DNA of 64,000 nt, taken from contig OX597830.1 in the NCBI GenBank assembly GCA_951406725.2, positions 26,908,001-26,972,000 on the forward strand. The letters are read 5' to 3'. The number at the start of each line of letters is the position of its first letter. Position 1 is the stretch's first letter. The stretch is from Octopus vulgaris (taxonomy: Eukaryota). The position numbers were made by a program, and so were the translations under genes. This document shows, piece by piece, positions 15,384 through 29,549 of the stretch. The notes beneath the pieces are model-generated. The model was not told where the DNA came from. It made no database searches and saw nothing but the letters and a program-made list of their open reading frames with translations.

Positions 15384-15764
15384 GAGGCGCAATGGCCCAG
15401 TAGTTAGGGCAGCGGACTCGCGGTCATAGGATTGCGGTTTCGATTCCCAGACCGGGCGTTGTGAGTGTTTATTGAGCGAAAACACCTAAAGCTCCACGAG
15501 GCTCCGGCAGGGGATGGTGGTGATCCCTGCTGTACTCTTTCACCACAACTTTCTCTCACTCTTACTTCCTGTTTCTGTTGTACCTGTATTTCAAAGGGCC
15601 GGCCTTGTCACTCTCTGTGTCACGCTGAATGTCCCCGAGAACTACGTTAAGGGTACACGTGTCTGTGGAGTGCTCAGCCACTTACACGTTAATTTCACGA
15701 GCAGGCTGTTCCGTTGATTCGGATCAACCAGAACCCTCGTCGTCGTAACCGACGGAGTGCTTCC
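15384..15764 (+). mobile_element. Full-length SINE family D with 11-bp TSD
   Basis: Head TGGCCCAGTAGTTAGGGCAGCGGACTCGCGGTC..GGTTTCGATTCCC; ACTGTTTTGTG at 15373-15383 and 15765-15775. Confidence 0.9.
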
Positions 15765-15888
15765 ACTGTTTTGTGCCAGAAAAGCCAGGCTTTTAGAGAC
15801 TTTTATCCCCGAACACCAGTAATTAATTATAAGTATTTTTCTTTATTCTTTAACTTGGTTTTGCTAGTTTTACTTGGAATGTCTAGTC

Positions 15889-16157
15889 CAGTGGTTCCCA
15901 AACTTTTCCGGGTGGCCGCTGCTTTGACACCCAGGCCATATTTCTAGCACCCCCCACTCCAACTACCCACCACAAATATAGATCTGTTTCTTAAGTAAAT
16001 TCAAAACAAGTGTATTTCACAAATAAAACTTAACCTAATAAACCCACTATTATGAATCGCTACCCCATTATCGCCCCACATTTTACATGAATCGCTCCTG
16101 CATTATCGCCCCTTGGAACTTTCCACCACTCCCAGGGGGCAATACTGGCCACGACTG
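15889..16157. mobile_element. hAT (Charlie-like) MITE
   Basis: Starts CAGTGGTTCCCAAACTT, ends ACTG; 8-bp TSD GTCTAGTC on both sides. Confidence 0.75.
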
Positions 16158-16455
16158 GTCTAGTCGAACAAATAAACTCCAGGATGTATTTTCTTTAAGT
16201 TTTGTACTTAGTCTATCTGCTCTCTTTTGCTGAACCGCTAAATTACGGAGACGTAAACAAGCCAACAGGGGTTAATAGCCGATGTGGGGGAGAACTTCAA
16301 AGGCACGCGCGCACACACATACACACGCACATACAAACACACACAAACATATACACGCATATGTACGACAGGGTTTTTACAATTTCTGTCTACGAAATCC
16401 ACACGCAAGCCAGTTGACAAACAACAACGGTAGGACAAAGACAATAACGGATAGG

Positions 16456-16525
<70 letters not shown>

Positions 16526-16886
16526 AATAAACAAACAAATATACATATTAATAGCGTTCTGTCTATCGCTATACAAATCCATCATTTTTTGCTAAAATGT
16601 CTTATTGACGTGTTTCGTTTTTTTCACTTTTTTGCATTGTTTATACCATTTATTCTTTTGAATAGTATCAGTGGAATTTTCGAAACATGTGTCGAAAGTA
16701 AAAATATTTGATTACACCTGCGTTAACTCCATTTTTTATTCATATTATTCAAAATATTCAACGTAAACACGAAGTTTCTACCTTTATAAACAAGGAGTTA
16801 CAACACCTTTACTTGTGAGATTTTTGCTGCCCTGGTAACTATTTATTTATTTTTCCGTGTTAATTGTTAACAAGGTAAAAATACAC

Positions 16887-16960
<74 letters not shown>

Positions 16961-17025
16961 GGTCCCGGGTTGAGTCGGGGTTAACCACAGTAAATAAGGT
17001 ACACAATACATAGCAGAGTGAATTA

Positions 17026-17123
17026 ATTTATTTTATAGAAGGAGCTTCTACAGGACTGGAACTGTTTCATTCAAATGAATGAAACAGTTCTAGTCCTGTA
17101 GAAGCTCCTTCTATAAAATAAAT
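17026..17123. repeat. Fold-back palindrome
   Basis: About 48-bp arms centred at 17074/17075, one G-T mismatch. Confidence 0.92.
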
Positions 17124-17127
17124 AAAT

Positions 17128-17170
<43 letters not shown>

Positions 17171-17174
<4 letters not shown>

Positions 17175-17231
17175 TAATATTAGGGAATAAATCCAAACTT
17201 ACAGGGAAAAATTAGATTTATCTCTAATTTA

Positions 17232-17271
<40 letters not shown>

Positions 17272-18444
17272 GGTTGGCCAAACGTCACTCGACAGTAAAT
17301 CAAAATTCCATTAATACTTAACATTCAATTTTCTTTATTCATTCCAATTATGAATCTTTAATAATTGAATGGTGTGAGTTAAAATCACTGTTTTTTTTTT
17401 TCAACTTTTGTCTATTTGTTAGCGAAGTCTTATCTCATATAAAGTAATTTTCTATTTTAATCTTGAAAATAAATGGTTTTGATTTATGGTCAGAATGTTT
17501 GGTTTACGTGTGTGTATTTGTGTGTGAATGTTTAGGTTAGGGGGATTGCTATATAGGTATGTTATAGAGTTTAGTAAAGGGAGATTTTATCATTATATGT
17601 TTTTGTGAGTTTTGGTTTATCATGGTAGGTTTGTTAAGGAATTCGTAGTAATTTGTGTATATTTGCGATGTCTGTTGCTTTATTGCATTGTTTCATTCAT
17701 AATTTTTAAGTAGTGTTCGTTTTACCAAGTGAATATAATTTTTAATTCCATTTATTCCATTTCTCCGTTCATAATTTTGAGTGATGTCCGTTTTCTAGAG
17801 CGTGAATGTGGGTTGTATGTGTGTGTGTGTGGGAGTATGAATAAGTATTGTGTTGAAGTATTTAGCTATTTTATTTATTTATAGTTGCCTAGACGTTTTT
17901 ATGTGTATGTATAGGGATATATATATAGGTGTGTGATTTAGTGTATGTAGTTAGATATGGTTATATATAATTAGGTATATGTGTATGGGTGTATATATAG
18001 TTTATTATTATATTATTATTATTTTTTTGTTTTGTTTTATATTTTATATTTTATATTTAATTGTTGATAGGTTTATTTTAGTTTATATATTGTTTATATA
18101 TTGATTATATATGGATTATATATAGGTTATATATGGATTATATATTTATATTTTTCATTCATACTTTAATTATTTTAAAATTATTATTTGTATATTTTAA
18201 AATATTGATATTTTAGATTGAAGTCCACCTGAAGATTGTCGATCAAGACAAGAAACGATTGTAGTGGCGGTTTTTTTTACTATTTATTAAAATTTTATGT
18301 ATTGATTAAGTCTTTCCTTGTTTGTTTTGCAAAATAGTGGTTTTGTCTCTATAATATTTTATAATATTTTACTATAAAATTGGATTTAATCCTAAATCTG
18401 ATTTTTTCCCTGTAATTTTGGATTTATTCCCTAATATTTATTAT

Positions 18445-18448
<4 letters not shown>
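17171..18448 (+). mobile_element. Non-coding PLE-like segment with hammerhead and inverted ends
   Basis: 17171-17220 inverted to about 18393-18448; T/G-skewed body; hammerhead at 18225; (TA)n flanks. Confidence 0.6.
18225..18267 (+). ncRNA. Minimal type-I hammerhead ribozyme
   Basis: CCAC-CTGAAGA-TTGTC gatcaa GACAA-GAAAC-gatt-GTA-GTGG: all core positions and three stems present. Confidence 0.82.
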
Positions 18449-18484
<36 letters not shown>

Positions 18485-18689
18485 AGATAGGGTTGAAAAT
18501 TCATTGATTGGGTATCATCTGATAGTTGATGTTTTATTGATTTAAGTATGTTTCTCCATTTTCTAATTTTGTAGTATATATATATATATATATCAGTGCG
18601 ACGTTGTGTGCAAATATTTGTAGACATTTGCCTATGTGCAAGTCCTTAACTGATGTGATTCTCCCGTTTTTTAAATAATGATGATGATG

Positions 18690-18724
<35 letters not shown>

Positions 18725-18732
18725 TCGGTGCA

Positions 18733-18826
<94 letters not shown>

Positions 18827-19160
18827 GCCTTTGCTCAGCTTCTAAAGCTGGAGAAGTACTATAGCGTCAGCTGTTCACTACCAGTGAACTCAGGTAACAC
18901 CTCTTATTTTTCGAGCACCTTCCGGAGTATTCGAGCGCTCCCAAGCAGTCCTGTGTTCTGCAAGTGCTGCACCCTTATTGCAGCCCCTATTTTTTCCACG
19001 TACTTCTCGAGATTTTTGGTCACTGTTCCCAGGGCTCCGACAATTATTGGTGCTACTGATACCTATTTCATCGACTACAACTGCTTAACTTCCCAAGTTA
19101 ACCTGTCATATCTCTCGACTTTTTTTTCTTCCATATCGCATAACTTGTTGTCAGCTGGGC
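18827..19160 (-). mobile_element. R4/Dong-like LINE 3' fragment
   Basis: PADNKL..EEKKVERYDRL..PIIVGALGTV..LQKTGLLGSARILRKVL; (TTA)n on both sides. Another tiny 3' fragment on + at 19195-19300. Confidence 0.8.
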
Positions 19161-19404
19161 TATTATTATTATTGTTATTATTACTATTATTAAGCAGTGC
19201 ACAACTACCAACATGGCTCAAGAAGACTGGAATGAATGCAAACATCGAAGATCTACAAAAATCATTACTGCTTGGAACTACAAGTGTTCTTGAATTATGA
19301 TCAGTAAACACGTGCCGCCATAGTCTGCTGGCTGTCATCATACTCCACAAAATAAAGCTGGAATTTTTCAGAATAATAAAAATAATAATCTTTTCTACAC
19401 TAGA

Positions 19405-20357
19405 CACAAGTGTCGAAATTTTGGGGGAGGGGGCTAGTCGATTAGATTGAACCCAGTACGCAGCTGGTATTTAATTTATCGAACCCGAAAAGACCAAAGG
19501 CAAAGTCAACCTCAGCGGAATTTGAACTAAGATCGTAGCAACAGACGAAGTACCTATTTCTTTACTACTTACAAGAGGCTAAACACAGAAAGGACAAACA
19601 AGGATAGACAAACGGATTAAGTCGATTATATCGATCCGAGTGCGTAACTGGTACTTATTTAATCGATCCCGAAAAGATGAAAGGCAAAGTCAACTTCGGT
19701 GGAATTTGAACTCAGAACGTAAAACAAGACGAAATACCCATTTCTTTACTATCCACAAGGGGCTAAACACAGAGAGGACAAACAAGGACAGACAAACGGA
19801 TTACGTCGATTATATTGGCCCCAGTGCGTAACTGGAACTTATTTAATCGACCCCTGTTACTGCCTTCGTATTTTTTCTGTATGATGCCAACCACGTCGAC
19901 TTCCATTGTGCCCAACACCACAACAGTGACGTCTTTGTGTATAAGAACACGTCCTTTTCACATCCCAGTTAGGGCGGGATTCTCTTCAACATCTTTAGCG
20001 TCTGTAAGAATGGGTCGAAAGCCGACAATTTCAAGACTAACAAGATGACAGCATTGACGGCACGAGCGTGTAATTTGAAAGTTTCGATTGGCGACCATTT
20101 ATGACTACTAAGCAATTGCTTCTTATTTCTTTATTGCCCACAAGGGGATAAACATAGAGGAGACAAACAAGGACAGACAAACGGATTAAGTCGATTATAT
20201 CGACCCCAGTGCGTAACTGGTACTTATTTAATCGACCCCGAAAGGATGAAAGGCAAAGTCGACCTCGGTGGAATTTGAACTCAGAACGTAGCGGCAGACG
20301 AAATACCGCAAAGCATTTCGCCCGACGCACTAACGTTTCTGCCAACACGCCGCCTTA
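19405..20357 (-). mobile_element. Cluster of SINE family B copies (tandem 19405-19853, full copy 20123-20357)
   Basis: Repeated AAAGGCAAAGTCGACCTCGGCGGAATTTGAACTCAGAACG. Confidence 0.85.
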
Positions 20358-20381
20358 ATAATAATAATAATAATAATAATA

Positions 20382-20413
<32 letters not shown>

Positions 20414-20424
20414 TTAATAATAAT

Positions 20425-21695
20425 ACAGCTACAATATCCTTAACTGGACACTAAATAAACTGACCAAAATAGATAGGAAAACAAGAAAAATAATGACAGG
20501 ATCTAGGATGCATCACCCAAAATCTGACATAGAAAGACTATATATACAACGTATAGAAGGTGGTAGAGGCCTTATACAGCTGGAAAACTACTATAAAATA
20601 ACCACCATAGGACTGCAAAAATATATATTTCAGAAGGAAGGAAAACTGATACAAATAGCGGCAAAACACGAGCAAAACAAAAAGCTGTTCTCAATATTTA
20701 AGGAAGCTGACAAATACAAACAAGAAATCATACCACCTAATAAATATGAAGAAGAAGAAGAAGATGAAGAAACAACAAAAGCTATAAAACAAATGAAATC
20801 CAAACTAAAAATAGAACAGCAACGAACCATGATAAAACGATGGCAAGAAAAGCCCTTCATGGTAAATACTGGACTAAACTAAACGCAAAAGAAATAGACA
20901 AAGAAAAATCCCAACAATGGTTGAGAAGCTCAGGACTCAAAGCAGAGACAGAGGGATTTTTAATTGCAGCACAAGACCAAAGCCTCCCCACCAGAAATTA
21001 CCAAAAACATGTAATGAAAAGAAATATAACAAGTAACTGCAGAATATGTGGAGATGGACAAGAAATATTATCTCTGGCTACCCAGTCCTGGCTAAGAAGG
21101 AATATATTCACAGACATGACAGAGTTGGAACCTACATACACTGGAAGTTATGCCAACATTATGGAATAACAACAGAAAAAAGATGGTATAGGCACACACC
21201 AGAAAAGGTCACAGAAAACGAGAAAGCAACCATACTCTGGGATATGCTGATACACACAGATAGAGAAATTAAGGCCAACAGACCAGATATAGTTGTCAGA
21301 GATCATGAAGAAAAAAATGCTTTCTAATTGATGTATCAATACCGGCAGATGACAACGTGTCTCTAAAAGAAATGGAGAAACTTTCAAAATACAAAGACCT
21401 GGAAATAGAGGTAACCAGAATGTGGAATCTAAAAACAGAAACAATTCCTATCATAGTAGGTGCATTAGGCATGATAAAAAATTATTCAGACAAATACATA
21501 ACAAAAACACCAGGACTTACAAACACATATAACAAACAGAAAATTGCACTACTAGGCACTGCACACATCTTACGCAGAACACTTTCCATACAATAACCAT
21601 CAGAGCATCACAACAAATCACAGCACATACCTAAGGCACACAGAGCTGCGCTCGGTAGTGTAGTGAACGCACGCTATAAAAATAAAACTACTGAA
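20425..21695 (+). mobile_element. R4/Dong-like LINE, 5'-truncated (RT end, CCHC remnant, restriction-like endonuclease)
   Basis: HPKSDIERLY..GGRGL, LKAETEGFLIAAQDQ, CRICG, RHDRV, ILWD, NRPDIV, EKLSKYKDL, PIIVGALG; (TAA)n at both ends. Confidence 0.92.
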
Positions 21696-21732
21696 TAATA
21701 ATAATAATAATTATTATTATTATCATTATTAC

Positions 21733-21868
21733 ATCGACCACTGTGTTTAACTGGTAGTAAATTTATCGATCTCGAAAGGACGAAAGGCAAAGTCAACCTC
21801 GGCGGAATTTGAACTCAGAACGCAATGGCGGACGAAATGCTAGTAAACATTTTATCCGGCGGGCTAGG
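21733..21868 (-). mobile_element. SINE family B fragment
   Basis: Family B core sequence. Confidence 0.75.
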
Positions 21869-21899
21869 GCTATAAGACTGAGGAAAGGTTTAATATAAT

Positions 21900-24050
<2,151 letters not shown>

Positions 24051-24389
24051 TAGTGAGAGTGAAAGGTAGAGTGAGAGACTTACGCACCTTAATTTCTTAC
24101 TCTCTCGTTTCTTTTTTTTTTTTCCCCTCTTCTTATTACTTTGTATGTCAGATAGTGTCAAACACGGCTTGAGACATAACTTGTCATAGTCTTCTACTCT
24201 CTCACAAGGAAATAATAAGCTTTCAGTGAACGACGTTATTCAAATATTTGCATAATATTCACGAAGATATGTGTCATTTATTTTGTTCAATATATTATTA
24301 TTATTATTTACTTGTGTTTTATTAAGATATGCTTCGACTGCGTTTTAGCTGTTGGAGCAGGTCTCATTTTGCATTAAAAAAAAAAAAAA

Positions 24390-25695
24390 TATTGTTTTTT
24401 TACTATTAGTATCAGTTGTAAGGCGGCGAGCAGGCAGAAACGTTAGCACACCGGGCGAAATGCGTAGCCGTATTTCGTCTGCCGTTACGTTCTGAGTTCA
24501 AATTCCGCCGAGGTCGACTTTCCCTTTTATCCTTTCGGGGGTCGATAAATTAATTACCAGTTACGCACTGGGGTCGATGTAAAGAAAAAATTATTGTTTT
24601 TACTATTAGTATCAGTTGTAGGCGGCGAGCTGGCAGAAACGTTAGCACGCCGGGCGAAATGCGTAGCCGTATTTCGTCTGCCGTCACGTTCTGAGTTCAA
24701 ATTCCGCCGAGGTCGACTTTGCCTTTGATCCTTTCGGGGTCGATACATTAATTACCAGTTACGCACTGGGCTCGATGTAAAGAAATATAGAAATATATTT
24801 CGTCTGCCGTTACGTTCTGAGTTCAAATTCCGCCGAGGTCAACTTTCCCTTTTATCCTTTCGGGGTCGATAAATTAATTACCAGTTACGCACTGGGGTCG
24901 ATGTAAAGAAAAAATTATTGTTTTTTACTATTAGTATCAGTTGTAAGGCGGCGAGCAGGCAGAAACGTTAGCACGCCGGGCGAAATGCGTAGCCGTATTC
25001 CGTCTGCCGTCACGTTCTGAGTTCAAATTCCGCCGAGGTCGACTTTGCCTTTCATCCTTTCGGGGTCGATAAATTAATTACCAGTTACGCACTGGGCTCG
25101 ATGTAAAGAAATATAGAAATATATTTCGTCTGCCGTTACGTTCTGAGTTCAAATTCCGCCGAGGTCGACTTTGCCTTTCATCCTTTCGGGGTCGATAAAT
25201 TAAGTACCAGTTACGCACCGGGGTTGATGTAATCGACTTGATCCGTTTGTCTGTCCTTGTTTGTCCTCTCTGTGTTTAGCCCATTGTGGGTAGTAAAGAA
25301 ATATAGAAATAGGTATTTCGTCTGGCACTACGTTCTGAGTTCAAATTCCGCCGAGGTCGACTTTGCCTTTCATCCTTTCGGGGTCGATAAATTAAGTACC
25401 AGTTACGCACCGGGGTTGATGTAATCGACTTAATCCGTTTGTCTGTCCTTGTTTGTCCACTCTATCTTTAACCCCTTGTGGGTTGTACAGAAATAAAAAT
25501 CGTCAATACGCCGGGCGAAATGTCTAACAGTATTTCCTCTGGCGCTACGTTCTGAGTTCAAATTTCAGGTCAACTTTGCATTTCATCCTTTCGGGGTGGA
25601 TAAATTAAGTACCAGTCAAGTACCGGGATCGATGTTATCGACTTACCCCCACCCTCAAAAATTTCAGGCTTTGTGCCTATAGTAGAAAGGATTAT
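24390..25695 (+). repeat. Tandem array of about 8 full and partial SINE family B units
   Basis: TTCTGAGTTCAAATT core recurs every 130-200 bp; flank ATTGTTTTTTACTATTAGTATCAGTTGTA repeated three times. Confidence 0.9.
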
Positions 25696-26019
25696 TATTG
25701 TTGTTTTTATAGTTGTTTATTTGCTGTATATTAGGGTATCCGTCATCAATATAGCTGCTTTGTGTTTCCATGCGTGTGTATTTGTGTGTGTGTGTGGGTG
25801 GGGGGTCGTGTACATGTGTAAGTGTATGCGCTGGGTGTATATGAATTTGTTTAATTTGAAATTGATTTATTCAGTTTAGAATACATTTAGAATATGTAAA
25901 CTAAATAAGTAATTCAGCTAATCATCAATTTTTCAGTTTTAATACACACACACACACACAGACACACACACAGACACACACACACACATATATGTATATA
26001 TACTTATATATATATAAAT

Positions 26020-26755
26020 GAGTTGTACCTGTATTTCAAAAAAGGGCCGGCCTTGTCACACTGTGTGTCACGCTGAATATCCCTGAGAACTACGTTATGG
26101 GTACACGTGTCTGTGGAGTGCTCAGCCACTTGCACTTTAATTTCACGAGCAGGCTGTTCCGTTGATCGTATCAGCTGGGACCCTCGTCGTCGTAACCATT
26201 TCCTCTATTTACATAATATTGAGGTCTCTTTCTTTCTTTTGTTATCTTACCGTTTTATCAATATATATATATATATTTTTTTTCTCTCCTTCTTTCTGTG
26301 TTTTTTTTCTCTGTGTATCTTTCTGTTGAAGAGCGTAGGCTCGAAACGTTAAAGACTTGTTTTATTTATATTTCCTGAGCGCCATACAAATACAATTGTT
26401 TGTTTGTATTCCACCTGCCTTCGTCTTTTGTTTATTACCGTAAACCTGCCTTCGTCTTTTGTCTATTTTCATAAAGCTTCCCGTTATATACATATATGCA
26501 TATATACATATATATATTTATTATTTATGCGCCCTTTTCAAGCCTAGCTAGGCTCATGGGCCCGGTTTCTCCGTTTCTGTGGCGTATGTTCTGTTAAACA
26601 GAAAGAAAGTGTGAGAGAAAGTTGGGGTGAAAAAGTACAATAGGGGTCGCCCCCCCCTGCCGGAGCCTCGTGGAGCTTTAGGTGCTTTCGCTCAATAAAC
26701 ACACACAACACCCGGCCTGGGAATCGAAAACGCGATCCTCTAGGCCATTGCGCCT

Positions 26756-26757
<2 letters not shown>
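26020..26757. mobile_element. SINE D fragments (26020-26197 +, 26595-26757 -) around a hammerhead-like repeat (26210-26490)
   Basis: Matches to 15384-15764 and to 7363-7520. Confidence 0.75.
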
Positions 26758-26802
<45 letters not shown>

Positions 26803-26823
26803 CAAACACAAACGTACACACGT

Positions 26824-26868
<45 letters not shown>

Positions 26869-27172
26869 TGTGTATGTGTGTGTTTTTGTGGGAGTGTATT
26901 GTTTGTATATATAAAATGAATTCTAATTGAAAAATTGACAAATAACTGTATAAGTCGTTTTCAGTTAAAACACACATATACACAACACACACTAGACACT
27001 ACACACGCACACACAAGTATACACACACACACACATAAATTACAAATAATAAATTAGAGAAATACAATTGATAATCTAGCAATTTATTACATTATAATTA
27101 TAATATAATATAATATAATATAATATAATATAATATAATATAATATAATATAATATAATATAATATACAATA

Positions 27173-27339
27173 TAGGCGCAGGAGTGGCTGTGTGGTAAGT
27201 AGCTTGCTAACCAACCACATGGTTCCGGGTTCAGTCCCACTGCGTGGCATCTTGGGCAAGTGTCTTCTGCTATAGCCCCGGGCCGACCAATGCCTTGTGA
27301 GTTGATTTGGTAGACGGAAACTGAAAGAAGCCTGTCGTA

Positions 27340-27402
<63 letters not shown>

Positions 27403-27623
27403 GTGTGTGTGTTTGTGTGTCTGTGCTTGTCCCACTAGCATTGCTTGACAACCGATGCTGGTGTGCTTACGTCCCCGTTACTTAGCGGTTCGGTAAAAGA
27501 GACCGATAGAATAAGTACTAGGCTTACAAAAGAATAAGTCCCGGGGTCAAGTTGCTCGATTAAAGGCGGTGCTCCAGCATGGCCGCAGTCAAAAGACTGA
27601 AACAAGTAAAAGAGTAAAAGAGT
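27173..27623 (+). mobile_element. Full-length SINE family A inserted in a palindrome
   Basis: Near-identical to 4596-5003. Confidence 0.9.
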
Positions 27624-27871
27624 AATATAAAGTATACTATAAGATAACCAAGAATTGGTTATGTTATACCATATTTTATAGTATATTATGTTATATTATA
27701 ATGTAATAAATTGTTAGATTGTCAATTGTATTTCTCTATTTAATTCATTATTTGTAATTTGTATTTATACTTCTATTTCTGTGGTAGTCAACTGCCGTAC
27801 CAGTGAATTGGGTGTCTCATACGCCTTTGAAGGAATCGTTTTTCCCTTCGTTTGTTATATGAATATATATG

Positions 27872-27933
<62 letters not shown>

Positions 27934-27999
27934 CACAAACGATGTCTGATCAATGAGTAACCGTACTGTTGCCATGGCAACGAACCTAAACCACACAGA

Positions 28000-29230
28000 G
28001 TAAAGCCGCTTGGCAAAGATTGACCTTCAATTTTGCTGTGTCGATTTCTATCCTTCCATATTTAAGCCCCTCCTTCTGAAGGCCCTAACTTTTGCTGAGC
28101 AATATACCAGCATTTAGTGACCTTGACATCAGAATTATCATGAATGCCAGAAAGTCAATACTGGCCCACAACGATTCCTTCGGGGTGAAAAAAGAAGGCG
28201 ACCCACTGTTCGGCGTCTCTATGGGGAGCTTTGAGGGGGCTGAAATCGCTAACCCACATAGATCGGCCCTCTATAAGGACGACGGCCTGGCTATCTCAAG
28301 TCATACGAATGGCCACAGCATGGACAGGTTCAGGAAGGATAATAATATTTAAGAAGTTCGACCTCAGTACGGAGAAGTATTACCCGTACAAGAAGCCTAA
28401 CGAGGAGACAGTATACATCGACAAGATCTCAAGCCAATCCCCATTGTAATCAGAAGCATAGTTTTAGTCATTAGTAAACGACTATCTAATCTCTCGACCA
28501 ACAGAGAGATCTTTAACAGGGCCGCCCCCACTACAATGATGCTTTGGCTAGGAGCAGGTCTACTGAGAATCTCACGTATGTGGACAACCCCCAAACAACC
28601 TTTCTTAGGAGAAGAAAAATTATATGGTATAACCCCACCTTTCAACCTAGAATTTTCCACCAACGTAGCTAGGGACTTCCTGCCATTAATTAAGAAACAC
28701 TTTCCAGGAGCCATAAGTATTGCAAACTCTTCAACGCGCATAATGTCAAGATGAGCTACTCCTGCTTAGACAATATCGCATCTAACATCGTACCCATCAA
28801 CAAACTAAAAATGCACCAGCACCACCCTAACCTCAACCTGCAACTTCCGAAACCCCACTAGAAGGATCTTGTATCTCAAGGGCTGTAGTATACAGAGCCA
28901 CCCTTAGACCATCGGATAAAATTACTAGGCACTATACGGGTATGACAGCTAATACATCCAAGGGAAGATACTCCCAGCATATGCACTCGTTCAGATCCAG
29001 GGCAGAGAGAACTCTACTTCTCTGTCTCGTTTCTCTGGAGACTCGGTGATCTCCGAGATGAAATACACAGCTGTCGACATATTCACTCGGCTCCCCCATA
29101 TTCACTCGGCGCCCCTAACTGCCAGCTCTGCCTCCGCCTAAAACTGTAAATCTTCTAACAACCCACAGTATCCCACAGAAGAAATACGATTTATCGTATT
29201 GCTGTCACTAGAGATATGCTATTCTGGCAA
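28000..29230 (+). mobile_element. Decayed Penelope-like element (RT to GIY-YIG)
   Basis: DFYPSI, VSMGSFEGAEIA, LYKDDGLA, YYPYKKPN, ISKRLSNLS, KKHFP, VVYRA, YTGMTAN; many deletions and frameshifts. Confidence 0.85.
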
Positions 29231-29549
29231 ATTTCAGGCCTCCGACTGCCGACAGGCAGGATATACCACCTTAGCACCAGCTGCTGCTTTGCACCGCCTG
29301 CACCCAGGTCACCGCTGCCAACCAGCCTAACCCATGAGCAGGACCGCCATTTACCAATCCCCAACGTTTACCAACCCCCAACGCATACCAACCCCCAACA
29401 CTTACCAATACCCAACGCTTGCCAATCCCTAACGCTTGTTTTGCTCGTGTATCTTTGCCTACGCACGCGTGCACATGCATATGTGCACATGCATGCGTGT
29501 GTGCGCCCACACTGGTATGAATACGTATATGCATGCGAATATATATATA

